From NCBI GenBank assembly GCA_018820995.1, contig JAHJNE010000110.1:1-41918 (forward strand): a stretch of DNA of 41,918 nucleotides. Direction: 5' to 3'. Shown here piece by piece: positions 8,788 through 18,565 of the stretch. The translations under genes and the position numbers were made by a program. The first letter of the stretch is position 1; each line of letters opens with the position of its first letter. The stretch comes from Gammaproteobacteria bacterium. GTDB lineage: Bacteria; Pseudomonadota; Gammaproteobacteria; Enterobacterales; Alteromonadaceae. A model generated the notes under the pieces. It was given only the letters and a program-made list of their open reading frames with translations, was not told where the DNA came from and did not search any database.

Positions 8788-9853
8788 CGGCAAGTACTCC
8801 ACGGCGAATTTGGTCTTCTTCGATCGATTCGAATAACGCTTTAAAATTACCTTCGCCAAAACCTTCATTGCCTTTACGCTGAATAATTTCAAAGAACACC
8901 GGGCCAATCACTGTTTTGGTGAAAATTTGTAGCAGAATACCGTCTTTTTCCGGAGCGCCGTCAATGAGGATCCGCAATTCACGCAGCATATCGGTATCTT
9001 CTGTGTGCCCTACAACCCGGCTATCAACCTTGTTGTAATAGGTGTCCGGAGTTGGCATAAATTCCATACCACGCGAACGTAAAGTCCGAACTGTTTCGTA
9101 AATATTCTCAGTCGTTAACGCAATATGCTGAATACCTTCGCCTTTATACTCGCGAATGAATTCTTCAATTTGAGATTTATCGTCAGAGGATTCGTTAATT
9201 GGAATACGGATTTTGCCACAAGGTGCCGTCATCGCGCGGGATACAAGGCCGGTTAGCTTGCCCTCGATATCAAAATAACGAATTTCGCGGAAGTTACCAA
9301 TTTTCTCATAAAAACCCGACCATACATTCATATTACCGCGGCGCACGTTGTGCGTTAAATGGTCAAGAACTTCTAAGCCGACGCCATGGGCGGCCATCTG
9401 TGTTTGCCAGTTATCGTAAAATTTAAAATCGATTTCATACACAGAACTTTGGCCGTAGCGGTCAACAAAATACAACAGACTGCTGCCAATACCGTATACA
9501 GCAGGAATATTCAGTTCCATCGGGCCAATCTGGTTTTTATATTCTTTGGCGCCGTTTTCAACAGCATGCTTTAAGGCTGCAGCAGCGTCTTTTACCCGGA
9601 ACGCCATAGCGCAAACACTAGGACCATGGGTACGGGCAAACTCTTCTGCCTGAGAATTAGGTTCACCGTTAACAATAAAATTAACATCGCCTTGTTTATA
9701 TAACCAGGCTTGTTTCGAACGGTGTTGTGCCACTTCTGTAAAACCAAGAGAGACAAAGAGTTGTTTTAACTTGTTGATGCCATCGGCATCTGCAGCTGTA
9801 TATTCAACAAACTCAAAACCATCGGTTCCTAACGGATTAATAGGATCAAACAT
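8780..9853 (-). CDS. hppD: 4-hydroxyphenylpyruvate dioxygenase
   Basis: NPLGTDGFEFVE, DHLTHNV, GEGIQHIAL and FFEIIQRKGNEGFGEGNFKALFESIE motifs. Confidence 0.97.
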   Translation of the reverse strand: MFDPINPLGTDGFEFVEYTAADADGINKLKQLFVSLGFTEVAQHRSKQAWLYKQGDVNFIVNGEPNSQAEEFARTHGPSVCAMAFRVKDAAAALKHAVENGAKEYKNQIGPMELNIPAVYGIGSSLLYFVDRYGQSSVYEIDFKFYDNWQTQMAAHGVGLEVLDHLTHNVRRGNMNVWSGFYEKIGNFREIRYFDIEGKLTGLVSRAMTAPCGKIRIPINESSDDKSQIEEFIREYKGEGIQHIALTTENIYETVRTLRSRGMEFMPTPDTYYNKVDSRVVGHTEDTDMLRELRILIDGAPEKDGILLQIFTKTVIGPVFFEIIQRKGNEGFGEGNFKALFESIEEDQIRRGVLADA

Positions 9854-9963
9854 CAGTAGACTCCAAACATAAATAGTTGTTTTGTGACTGATATCTTGAG
9901 CTGTTTGCTTAAAAAAGGAAGTGTACTGGCTAACATGATGCTAACAGTTCAAAACTGCTAATT

Positions 9964-9981
9964 TGTACAATTAAGTATACG
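9964..9981. promoter_or_regulatory. Putative TyrR/PhhR box upstream of hppD
   Basis: TGTACA-ATTAAG-TATACG versus consensus TGTAAA-N6-TTTACA. Confidence 0.6.
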
Positions 9982-10009
9982 AAAGGATGTTTTTAGAAAA
10001 ATTGTGCTG

Positions 10010-10038
10010 TAAAAGACCCGGATCGAGGGATCCAGGTC
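10010..10038 (-). terminator. Intrinsic terminator of tyrR
   Basis: GACCTGGATC-CCTC-GATCCGGGTC followed by TTTTA on the minus strand. Confidence 0.65.
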
Positions 10039-10071
10039 GGATATTAGTACAGTTAACAGCACGAAGCGTAT

Positions 10072-11634
10072 TTAAATTTTTACACTCTTGCGATTTATGC
10101 CATATTCTCGCAATTTATTAGCGACAGCGGTGTGACTTAACCCCAGTTTTTTCGCCAATTGCCGAGAGCTTGGATAAGCTGGAAATAATTTTCGCAGTAG
10201 ATTGGATTCAAATCTTTTAACAGCTTCATCTAAAGTGCCATCAAAATCTTTTTCCAGATAGCCAAAATCGTTGGTATAACTTGGTAACTGCAATTGTTCT
10301 TTGTCGAGCTCATAGCCCTCTAGCAAGGTAACCGCACGGTACAACGCATTTTCAAGCTGTCGCACATTACCAGGCCATGGATATTGCTGAATAAACTGCG
10401 CACAGGACTCGGTTAATCGTGGGGCATTTCGACCTAACCGGGCGGCAAATCGGCTAATAAAATATTCGCTCAGCGGAACAATGTCCTGTTTGCGATCACG
10501 AAGCGGCGGTAACGCCAGAGTCAGTACATTCAAACGATAGTATAAATCTTCGCGGAATTTACCTTCCTGTACCATGCCTGGTAAATCTTTTTGCGTGGTG
10601 CAAATGACTCTGACATCAACCCGAACTTCATTTTCGTCGGCAACACGGCGAAAACTTCCGTCCTGCAAAAACCGTAATAACTTGGTTTGCAATTCGCGGG
10701 ACATTTCCCCCACTTCATCTAAAAACACTGTACCTTTGTTTGCGAGTTCAAAAATGCCTTTTTTGCCTTCGGTCGTTCCTGGGAAAGCATTGGGTCCATA
10801 TCCAAACAATTCCGATTCGGCAACGTTGTCGGGCAGTGCCGCACAGTTGACAGCCAAAAATGGTTTTCCCGCTCTGTTGCTGCCACCATGACAGGCGCGC
10901 GCTAACAACTCTTTGCCAGTGCCGGTTTCACCCATAATCAAAATCGGTGCATCAAGTTGAGCCATTTTTTTGGCTTCCCGCACCACACGTCGCATCACAT
11001 TGCTATTCGCATGCAAACTATTAAAACTCTCCTGATCGCCTTTTTTAAATACCACCATTTGTTCGCCGAGCCGGCTTTCAGATTTTAAATTAATTACCGC
11101 ACCGGCCAGACTTTCATGCCCAGTGTCGTCGGGCACCATCACGGGCAGCACGTCGGCTATAAATCGTTTGCCATGAATTTCAAAACGGCGGGTTTGTGCC
11201 AATACGTCATCACTCTCAAGCCAGCGCAGGAAGTTAAAACCTTTCACCATCATTGCCAACGACTGTCCCATAATCTCTTCAGTGGTGACTGACAACGCAT
11301 GAAGGGCTGCGTCATTAATAATAGTGACGTTGGCTTTGGTATCGATGGCGATGACACCATCTGGTAATGTTTTCAGAAGCGTGGAAAGCTCATTATGCTC
11401 ACGCTCAGAAGGTAAAAATGCTGTTGTTCTAACGTCATCAACGCCGGGAATTCGACGAATTTTCGCCATTAATTCCTGAAATTTTTCAAAATCAATTCCG
11501 GGAAATGCCACATACATCCGACCTAACTGTGGGTCGACTTCTATACCACGTAAATCAATCTGGTAGTGCACCAGAATGTTCAGAACTTCTTGAGCTATAC
11601 CAACCCTGTCCTGACAATGGATCTCTAAACGCAT
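10072..11634 (-). CDS. tyrR: Aromatic amino acid transcriptional regulator TyrR/PhhR (ACT-PAS-AAA+-HTH)
   Basis: MRLEIHCQDRVG, GETGTGKE, ESELFG and HTH SSRQLAKKLGLSHTAVANKLREYGI. An alternative upstream start exists at 11670. Confidence 0.95.
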   Translation of the reverse strand: MRLEIHCQDRVGIAQEVLNILVHYQIDLRGIEVDPQLGRMYVAFPGIDFEKFQELMAKIRRIPGVDDVRTTAFLPSEREHNELSTLLKTLPDGVIAIDTKANVTIINDAALHALSVTTEEIMGQSLAMMVKGFNFLRWLESDDVLAQTRRFEIHGKRFIADVLPVMVPDDTGHESLAGAVINLKSESRLGEQMVVFKKGDQESFNSLHANSNVMRRVVREAKKMAQLDAPILIMGETGTGKELLARACHGGSNRAGKPFLAVNCAALPDNVAESELFGYGPNAFPGTTEGKKGIFELANKGTVFLDEVGEMSRELQTKLLRFLQDGSFRRVADENEVRVDVRVICTTQKDLPGMVQEGKFREDLYYRLNVLTLALPPLRDRKQDIVPLSEYFISRFAARLGRNAPRLTESCAQFIQQYPWPGNVRQLENALYRAVTLLEGYELDKEQLQLPSYTNDFGYLEKDFDGTLDEAVKRFESNLLRKLFPAYPSSRQLAKKLGLSHTAVANKLREYGINRKSVKI

Positions 11635-11706
11635 CGCCTCACGCACCTTTTCCTGATGGGTTTGAGGCATAATACGGGATCTGAGACCAAAGAGACCAGT
11701 GCTTTT

Positions 11707-11724
11707 TGTAAACTTTTGTGAACA
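11707..11724. promoter_or_regulatory. Putative autoregulatory TyrR box upstream of tyrR
   Basis: TGTAAA-CTTTTG-TGAACA. Confidence 0.65.
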
Positions 11725-11869
11725 AAGAATCTAAGGATAATAGAAGCGCTTACAATATCTCCTATCGCTATTCGAAAATCGCTTCTCGTGGAAAAAACGA
11801 CAGTGACGAATCGCGTTAAACCACAAAGCAAGCTTTAGCTTCGCTCAGTGATACCTTCTTGATAGTCAT

Positions 11870-11896
11870 AAAAAAGGCTGCAACTGCAGCCTCTTT
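11870..11896 (-). terminator. Intrinsic terminator of phhAB
   Basis: AGGCTGCA/TGCAGCCT inverted repeat with a T6 tail on the minus strand. Confidence 0.75.
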
Positions 11897-11916
11897 GGTT
11901 TACTCAGAATAGAAAT

Positions 11917-12258
11917 TTATTCTGCCAGTAACTTGTCGGTCTTGGCGGCACAAATAAAGTCGTTCTTGTGCAGTCCTTTGATAGAGTGTGACCACCAAGT
12001 AACGGTTAGTTTACCCCACTCTAACAACAACGCAGGATGATGCCCTTCAGCTTCAGCAAGTTCAGCCACTTTGTGATGAAAAGCCCATGCTAACTTAAAA
12101 TTTTTAAATTTGTAGCTGCGTTCTAATTGCAAAATGCCATCGCGAACCATCGGCGTCCAATCGGGGATTTGACGCATTAACTCTGGTAACTCTTCATCAG
12201 AAACCCGCGGCGCATCGGCACGACAGGCTTCACATTTCATTACGGCTAGTTCAGTCAT
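11917..12258 (-). CDS. phhB: Pterin-4-alpha-carbinolamine dehydratase
   Basis: [16 protein letters not shown] and [18 protein letters not shown] motifs; follows phhA. Confidence 0.96.
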   Translation of the reverse strand: MTELAVMKCEACRADAPRVSDEELPELMRQIPDWTPMVRDGILQLERSYKFKNFKLAWAFHHKVAELAEAEGHHPALLLEWGKLTVTWWSHSIKGLHKNDFICAAKTDKLLAE

Positions 12259-12320
12259 ATTTATTCTCAGTTCAATCAAATTCAAAGGAAAATTAGTGTT
12301 TCATCAGCATGAGCAAAGTG

Positions 12321-13112
12321 TTAACTGGCTTTTTTCTGTTTTGGTGGAAATTTAGGAGTATGCAAACCTAAAGATTTTGCAGTTTGCACCAACGCCATCA
12401 AATCAAGCTGTGCGATCTCGAACAGATCGTGAATTTTTTCTATCTTAAAATAAACCGGTTGCATGATATCGATACGGTATGGCGTTCGTAACACTTCAAC
12501 CACGGTTAACATATGGCGCTCTGGAATATCTGAATGCATCGCATATTGGGTTTCGCCAGGCGAAGATAAAATACCACCACCGTAAATCCGCAAACCGTCT
12601 GCTGTTTGCATTAAACCAAACTCAATCGTGAACCAATATAATCTGGCAAGATATACTCGGTCTTCTTTACTGGCTGCCAATCCTAACTTACCGTAGATAT
12701 GTGTAAATTCAGCAAAATCAGGGTTGGTCAACATGGCGCAATGACCAAAAATTTCATGAAAAATATCCGGCTCTTGCAAATAATCAAATTCTTCTTTGCT
12801 TCGGATAAAAGTCGCCACCGGGAATTTTTTGTTCGCAAGTAATTCAAAAAACCGATCAAAACTAATCAAGGCTGGTACTTCAGCGCATTCCCAACCCGTG
12901 GTAGCACGAAGAATTTGGCTAACTTCTTCGAGTTGTGGGATGCGGTCTAACGGTAATTTTAATTTGTCTAATCCTGCCATGTACTCATCACAGGCTTTAC
13001 CGGAAATACAAGACAACTGACGGGAAATTAATTGACTCCAGATAGCATTTTCTTCATCGCTCCATGCGATAAAACCATGCTCGTCGGACTGCTTCGAGAC
13101 ATAATTACTCAT
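12321..13112 (-). CDS. phhA: Phenylalanine 4-monooxygenase
   Basis: YLQEPDIFHEIFGH, LYWFTIEFGL, YGGGILSS and YRIDIMQP motifs. Confidence 0.97.
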   Translation of the reverse strand: MSNYVSKQSDEHGFIAWSDEENAIWSQLISRQLSCISGKACDEYMAGLDKLKLPLDRIPQLEEVSQILRATTGWECAEVPALISFDRFFELLANKKFPVATFIRSKEEFDYLQEPDIFHEIFGHCAMLTNPDFAEFTHIYGKLGLAASKEDRVYLARLYWFTIEFGLMQTADGLRIYGGGILSSPGETQYAMHSDIPERHMLTVVEVLRTPYRIDIMQPVYFKIEKIHDLFEIAQLDLMALVQTAKSLGLHTPKFPPKQKKAS

Positions 13113-13232
13113 AACGACAACCTGTTGAAATTTGAATAGCCTATAGCTCTGATGGCTGGGCTTTGATGGCCGGATCCTAGATGATTGAGATCCGGCTGTT
13201 AATCACCTGCGTTAAATTTGCCTTTAACAGAA

Positions 13233-13250
13233 TGTAACCATTTTTGTACA
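13233..13250. promoter_or_regulatory. Putative TyrR/PhhR box upstream of phhA
   Basis: TGTAAC-CATTTT-TGTACA. A second palindrome, GTTAAA-N6-TTTAAC, starts 22 bp away (13211-13228). Confidence 0.7.
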
Positions 13251-13286
13251 CCAAAGCATATATGCAACACAGCCCTATGTTTCAAT

Positions 13287-14513
13287 TCAATTTTTTTGCT
13301 GTCCGCTCATCTTTACTAATGCTTGAGATAAGTCGGCGATGATGTCTTCGACGTGTTCCAGTCCGACGGAAATCCTGATAAGCCCATCGCTGATCCCTGC
13401 CATCTGACGTTCTTCCGCCGAGTATGGGCTGTGTGTCATCGACGCCGGATGCTGAATCAAAGACTCGGCATCACCTAAACTCACTGCCAGACTTAATAAC
13501 TGACATTGATTAATAAAATACCGTCCGTCATCCAAACTACCATTCAGCTCAAACGCTAACACGCCCCCGGCAGCGACCATTTGTGTTCCGAGAAATTTGT
13601 GACCCGGATGATCGGGTAATCCGGGGTAATAGACTTTTGCAATTGACGGATGCGTGGACAGGTATTCAGCCACTTTTTGCGCATTACTGCAGTGGCGCTC
13701 CATCCTTACCGATAAGGTTTTTAAACCACGAATAATTAACCAAGCATCGTGCGGACTGATGGTCGCTCCCATATCTTTGAGCGTAGTGAGTTTAATTGTC
13801 TGAATCTTTTCTGCATCTGACACGATAATGCCGGCGACCACATCGCCATGACCATTCAGATATTTAGTTGCACTGTGCAACACTATATCAATACCAAATC
13901 GGGCTGGCTGTTGTAATAACGGGGTCAAGAACGTGTTATCAATCACTGATATGATTTGATGCTTTTTGCAAAAGCTCCCCAGAAACTCTAAATCAAGAAC
14001 GACTAAGTTTGGATTAATCGGGGTTTCTGCAAACAACATTTTCGTGTTTGGACGCAGTGCAGCTGCAACCGCTTGATGATCGGTCATATCAACAAAACTA
14101 ACTTCGATACCATAACGGGCAAACTGATGGTTAAAGAGCGCAAAGCTACAGCCATAAATGGCTTTGCTGGCGAGCAGGTGATCCCCTTGCTGTAAAAAAG
14201 CCATGGTTGCTGCTGCGACGGCTCCCATTCCGGTTGCTGTTGCTGCTGCATCAGCCATTCCTTCTAAAGCCGCGACTTTGAGCTCAAGCTCACGTGTTGT
14301 TGGATTGCCTAATCGGGTGTAGATAAATCCGGGTTCTTCTCCGGCAAAGCGGGCTGCGCCTTGCTCTGCACTGTCAAAGACAAAAGTTGATGTCTGATAC
14401 AGCGGTGTTGCCAACGCACCATATTGCGCATCTTTTACTTTTCCGGCATGAATGCATTGAGTTTCGGGATGTTGTGACGGATGAATAGGGTGTTGATTAC
14501 TGCGACTGCTCAT
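13287..14513 (-). CDS. megL: Methionine gamma-lyase (Cys/Met metabolism PLP enzyme)
   Basis: YTRLGNPT, IYGCSFA, PLP lysine motif HSATKYLNGHGD and AVSLGDAESLIQHPASMTHS. Start estimated at MSSRSNQH. Confidence 0.88.
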   Translation of the reverse strand: MSSRSNQHPIHPSQHPETQCIHAGKVKDAQYGALATPLYQTSTFVFDSAEQGAARFAGEEPGFIYTRLGNPTTRELELKVAALEGMADAAATATGMGAVAAATMAFLQQGDHLLASKAIYGCSFALFNHQFARYGIEVSFVDMTDHQAVAAALRPNTKMLFAETPINPNLVVLDLEFLGSFCKKHQIISVIDNTFLTPLLQQPARFGIDIVLHSATKYLNGHGDVVAGIIVSDAEKIQTIKLTTLKDMGATISPHDAWLIIRGLKTLSVRMERHCSNAQKVAEYLSTHPSIAKVYYPGLPDHPGHKFLGTQMVAAGGVLAFELNGSLDDGRYFINQCQLLSLAVSLGDAESLIQHPASMTHSPYSAEERQMAGISDGLIRISVGLEHVEDIIADLSQALVKMSGQQKN

Positions 14514-14635
14514 ACCACGAATTGCCTTAGATGATTTTTCAATTACTAAAGCAAATAAGTTATATGAAGCACAAGGCATGCAGACATCTGTCAGTCTATG
14601 GTAGCTTTCTTCCGGCAACGGCGACCAGTACTAAA

Positions 14636-14653
14636 TGTAACATTTAGTTTGCA
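14636..14653. promoter_or_regulatory. Putative TyrR box upstream of megL, overlapping the ycjF stop
   Basis: TGTAAC-ATTTAG-TTTGCA, overlapping the perfect palindrome ACTAAATGT-A-ACATTTAGT (14630-14648). Confidence 0.5.
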
Positions 14654-15675
14654 GTTGATGCCGGAGCCAGCCGTTTTACTAAATCTGACAACACCTGTTT
14701 CACCAACGATTTATCGCTAATTGCGCTCGGCAGTGGACGTAACTGTTGCTGCGCAAAACGTCCAAGCCTGGCAACCATCACTCCGGCTAGTACACCTTGC
14801 CCTAAACGAGCAGATAATCGCCCAGACAACTCAGCGCCGACTAAATCAGCACCAACATCAACCGCCATTTCTGCAGCGCCAGTGAAAAATACCGTTTTCA
14901 CGAACTGTTTCATCAACGATAAACTTCGAAGCCGGCCAACAGGAGCACCATAAAGCACAGATAACTCACGAAGCATTAAGGCACCGCGCCATAGCACCAG
15001 TAGCATATCGGCTAATGCAAATGGACTGAGTGCAACGGCCACACCTGTTTGCACAGAGGCCTGTCTTATTTGCAATTCGGCAGCTTTATCAATATGCGTT
15101 AATACTGTTAATTCAAATAGTTGCAATAATTCCGCATCAGTAAATTCAGCTTTGCGCTGTTTCTCAAACTCCTGCCAATAAGCGTCGTTACTCGTTTCAC
15201 CAATGGCGACTGCCATTTGTTGACACAAAGTATATGCTTCGCCAAATTGCATCGACTGTTGCAATCTGCTGCTGTCAATTCGCCACTGTTGCCGCATTTT
15301 GAGTTGTCGCCACAATCGCCATTCACGATAGCCAAATCTTGTGAGCAATAAGCCTGACAATAGCGTGAGACCAGATACAGCAGCTCCCTGCAATATACCG
15401 TTTTGCCAACTTTCGCCAATAAATTGCCACCACTGTACTGCTGCGACCGTCGTTAGGCTTAATAAAGCTCCGCTCCATAACCAAAGTCCGGTAGCACTGT
15501 TTTTCGTTGCAGGTGTCGAAACATTGCTCGTCTCGATGCTAAATTCTTCCGTTGAAAATTCTTTTGCCTGCTGCAATGTTCGGCGATTTGCCTGCGCTGC
15601 TAACTGTTGTAACTCCGGCTGCAAAGAAACAAAATCGGATCCTTCGAATGTAGCCGTCTTCTTTAAATCTTTCAT
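14644..15675 (-). CDS. ycjF: YcjF family (UPF0283) membrane protein
   Basis: VALSPFALADMLLVLWR and LSARLGQGVLAGVMVARLG motifs; ATGA overlap with ycjX. Confidence 0.9.
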   Translation of the reverse strand: MKDLKKTATFEGSDFVSLQPELQQLAAQANRRTLQQAKEFSTEEFSIETSNVSTPATKNSATGLWLWSGALLSLTTVAAVQWWQFIGESWQNGILQGAAVSGLTLLSGLLLTRFGYREWRLWRQLKMRQQWRIDSSRLQQSMQFGEAYTLCQQMAVAIGETSNDAYWQEFEKQRKAEFTDAELLQLFELTVLTHIDKAAELQIRQASVQTGVAVALSPFALADMLLVLWRGALMLRELSVLYGAPVGRLRSLSLMKQFVKTVFFTGAAEMAVDVGADLVGAELSGRLSARLGQGVLAGVMVARLGRFAQQQLRPLPSAISDKSLVKQVLSDLVKRLAPASTAN

Positions 15676-17063
15676 TGCAGTTTGTCTCCCAATAAAAACT
15701 CCAGTGCTTGATCGAGTCGCAACTGCGGTAAAACCTGCTGGGGCGCCAGAGCTTTGGGCAAAAACTCAGGGAAAGCAAAGGCATGATGTTCAAACAACAA
15801 AGGTGATGGCATTGACATTGGTACTTCGCCCGGGAAAATAGTCTGCCGCTCACCGGTGACTGCTGAAATTCCCTGCAAACAAGGCATAACACCTTCTGGA
15901 GTCTGCACCTGCCCGACATCCGTCGTGACCACCGCAGCGAGTGCCATCGCCTCTGACTGACAGTACTGAAATCGACTATCTTGTAGTGGCTGCTGAAGTA
16001 ATTGTTGCAACAACAGAGTCAGATTTTTGTGCTGCTCAGGTGTTAATTGGTCGGCTTTACTCGCCGCAAATAATACTTTGCTTATTTTTGGATCAAATAG
16101 CCGTCGCAACCAACCGGATGGTCCGTATTGAAAACTCTGTAAAATCAGCATCAACGCCTGCTGCAACTCTTGCAGTACGTGGTAACCGGCATTTAAAGCA
16201 GACAGGCAGTCTACTAACACGACTTGCCGGTCCAGACTTGCAAAATATTGCTGATAAAAAGGCTTCACGACCAGTTGCTGATAACTCGAATAATGCCGCT
16301 GCAACCGTTGTAGCAATTTAGATGGCTTTTCCAGCTGCGATGGCAACAGTGGAAATAACTGCAACAGTGGTGTACCAGCAAGATCCCCCGGCAATAACAA
16401 ACGTCCTGGTTGGAGTAAACAAGCCTTTGCTTCTACCCTGAATTGCTGTAATAAAGCAGCATATTGATTGGTAAGCTGCTGGATTTGTAATTCAGAATCA
16501 TCGTCTAAATCGATTGACTGCAATAAATCCTGAAATGCTTGTGCAATAGCGACGCGATGGGGTTTTGCAAATAACTGCCAGCTAAATTCACACCATTGCT
16601 GAAAGTCTTGTTGCAGCATTGGCAGGTCAAGCAACCATTCGCCTGGATAATCAACAATATCGAGTTGCAGCTCACGATAGTCTGTAATTTTAGCTGCTAA
16701 GCCAGATGCAGGCTTATAACGCAAAGTAAGTGACAATTGACTCCAGCTGGTTGTCGAAACAGGCCACTGGCCTTGCTGAAGTTGCTGTAAATTTTGTTCG
16801 AACGGGAAACGAGGCGTTTGCATCGCCTGCACCGAATCTAATCTTCCGCCTAAATAGCGTTGTTGACGTAGCGGAGAAAAAAACGGGAGTTGAACTTCAG
16901 TCACGGGTCCGGTGAGTTGCTGAACCAGACTGGTTATAAAAGCGGTTTTACCTGCACCACTAAGACCTGTGATCCCAAGCCGTAGATGGCGATCGAGCAG
17001 ACGCTGCGAGAACTGCTGTGCCTGCTCTGTCCAGTTTTCATGTAACTTCGACCATCCCTTCAT
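15672..17063 (-). CDS. ycjX: YcjX family P-loop NTPase
   Basis: RLGITGLSGAGKTAFITSL, LDIVDYPGEWLLDLP, DRQVVLVD and FAASKAD motifs. Confidence 0.95.
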   Translation of the reverse strand: MKGWSKLHENWTEQAQQFSQRLLDRHLRLGITGLSGAGKTAFITSLVQQLTGPVTEVQLPFFSPLRQQRYLGGRLDSVQAMQTPRFPFEQNLQQLQQGQWPVSTTSWSQLSLTLRYKPASGLAAKITDYRELQLDIVDYPGEWLLDLPMLQQDFQQWCEFSWQLFAKPHRVAIAQAFQDLLQSIDLDDDSELQIQQLTNQYAALLQQFRVEAKACLLQPGRLLLPGDLAGTPLLQLFPLLPSQLEKPSKLLQRLQRHYSSYQQLVVKPFYQQYFASLDRQVVLVDCLSALNAGYHVLQELQQALMLILQSFQYGPSGWLRRLFDPKISKVLFAASKADQLTPEQHKNLTLLLQQLLQQPLQDSRFQYCQSEAMALAAVVTTDVGQVQTPEGVMPCLQGISAVTGERQTIFPGEVPMSMPSPLLFEHHAFAFPEFLPKALAPQQVLPQLRLDQALEFLLGDKLQ

Positions 17064-17096
17064 GCACCCTCCAGTGGCATTGCCACCCTCGGGCGG

Positions 17097-17507
17097 CTAA
17101 AGCCGGTTAAATTCACGATGTAACTGGTATTTACTCGACGTAACGTAAGTTTCAATGTTTCGTAGTCTAAATTCGATACTATCAAATTGTTGTTGAATAT
17201 GGCCAAGTGCTTGTTTTGGCGCTTCGCCACGTTGCCAAATCCGGGTTTTCACTTCCACCGGTTTTTCAATAGGTGGCACGACCACTTTACCTGTTTTGGC
17301 TTCAGCAACTGATTTTTTCTCCAGCACTATCCAACCAACGATATACAACACCGGTAAAAAACCGCCAAAACCAAGTAGCAAGGATGCCAGCGCCACAACC
17401 CGGACTAACCACAGCTCCCAGCCGAAGTAGTCTGCGATGCCGGCGCAGACGCCGGCTATCTTGCCGTTGCGGTCATCCCGCAACAATTCTTTTTTAAACT
17501 TTGTCAT
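17097..17507 (-). CDS. pspC: Phage shock protein C
   Basis: GKIAGVCAGIADYFG, a TM segment, and IETYVTSSKYQLHREFNRL. Confidence 0.95.
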   Translation of the reverse strand: MTKFKKELLRDDRNGKIAGVCAGIADYFGWELWLVRVVALASLLLGFGGFLPVLYIVGWIVLEKKSVAEAKTGKVVVPPIEKPVEVKTRIWQRGEAPKQALGHIQQQFDSIEFRLRNIETYVTSSKYQLHREFNRL

Positions 17508-17736
17508 GATCCCGTCTCCAATTTGGTGACTCTGCATCTAGAATGGCTTCGAGGGTTTTAATCCTATCAGCCATTTTTTCGGCTCGGTTTGACAAGTCAT
17601 TCAGTTGGTTTAATTCAGTTTCTGACAAACCTTCTGAAATTTTGCGTTTGCTGCGATAGTGCATAATGACCCAGATTGGCGCGACAAAGATCATGAACAA
17701 TATCAGTGGTACGCCAAAAGCTTCATGAATTCCCAT
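17494..17736 (-). CDS. pspB: Phage shock protein B
   Basis: FMIFVAPIWVIMHY...RIKTLEAILDAESPNWR. Confidence 0.95.
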   Translation of the reverse strand: MGIHEAFGVPLILFMIFVAPIWVIMHYRSKRKISEGLSETELNQLNDLSNRAEKMADRIKTLEAILDAESPNWRRDHDKV

Positions 17737-17760
17737 TATTTACTCCCTAACGCCTGTCGA

Positions 17761-18429
17761 TCAGGCGTTATTGTCATTATTCAATTTAGCTTTTAATGCT
17801 GCCAGTTCAGAATCAATTTTGTCCTGAGCCGCCAGTTCAGCAAACTCGTCACGAAGCGTTTTCTTACCTAAATCATAAGACTCAACCTGGGCTTCCAGTG
17901 AATCGATTTTTTGTTCGTAACGCTCAAACTTATACATTGCATCGTTTAAGCGGTTGCTGTCTAACGATTTTTTCACTTCTAAACGTGACGCCACTGTTTT
18001 TTGACGCATCAGCATCGATTTCTGGCGTGCCTTGGCATCTGCCAGCTTTTCCTGCAATTGTCCGACTTCATCTTGTAACTTGCTGACATGTGCATCTAAA
18101 TTGGCAATGTCTGCAGCAACCGAAGCCGCTTGATCCGCTGATTTTTGTTTTTCAATCAAGGCAGAACGAGCTAAATCATCTCGGTCCTTAGCAAGAGCCA
18201 ACTCGGCTTTTGCCTGCCAATCAACCACTTCTTCTTCCAGGCGGCTGACAACTCGTTGCAGTTCTTTTTTCTCAGCGATGGTTTTAGCTGAGGTTGAACG
18301 AACTTCAACCAAAGTGTCTTCCATTTCCTGAATAATCAACCGCACCATTTTTTCCGGATCTTCAGCTTTATCCAATAAAGCGTTGATGTTTGAGTTCACG
18401 ATGTCTGAAAAGCGAGAGAAAATACCCAT
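17761..18429 (-). CDS. pspA: Phage shock protein A
   Basis: MGIFSRFSDIVNSNINALLDKAEDPEKMVRLIIQEMEDTLVEVR; GAGG RBS. Confidence 0.97.
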   Translation of the reverse strand: MGIFSRFSDIVNSNINALLDKAEDPEKMVRLIIQEMEDTLVEVRSTSAKTIAEKKELQRVVSRLEEEVVDWQAKAELALAKDRDDLARSALIEKQKSADQAASVAADIANLDAHVSKLQDEVGQLQEKLADAKARQKSMLMRQKTVASRLEVKKSLDSNRLNDAMYKFERYEQKIDSLEAQVESYDLGKKTLRDEFAELAAQDKIDSELAALKAKLNNDNNA

Positions 18430-18471
18430 GATTATTACCTCATTAATTGTCTGATTGACACAAGATACCTT

Positions 18472-18489
18472 ATTCAGTTTCCTTGCCAA
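18472..18489 (-). promoter_or_regulatory. Sigma54 promoter of pspA
   Basis: Minus strand TTGGCAAGGAAACTGAAT (-24 GG, non-canonical -12 GA). IHF-like TAACAATGGTTTA at 18505-18517. Confidence 0.8.
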
Positions 18490-18565
18490 CTTTCAAACTA
18501 CACATAAACCATTGTTATATATGCACTTTATTTATTTTCAACAACTACTTCTGAAATCATGCCGT

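Noticed and set aside
8788-8907. Extended N-termini in the ORF track (hmgA shown; also maiA, megL, pspA, pspC, clpX, sapF, DUF979)
   Set aside because: Downstream starts match family N-termini, RBS positions and stop/start overlaps better.
14568-14583. Sigma54-like CTGCATGCCTTGTGCT upstream of megL
   Set aside because: The invariant -24 GG is absent.
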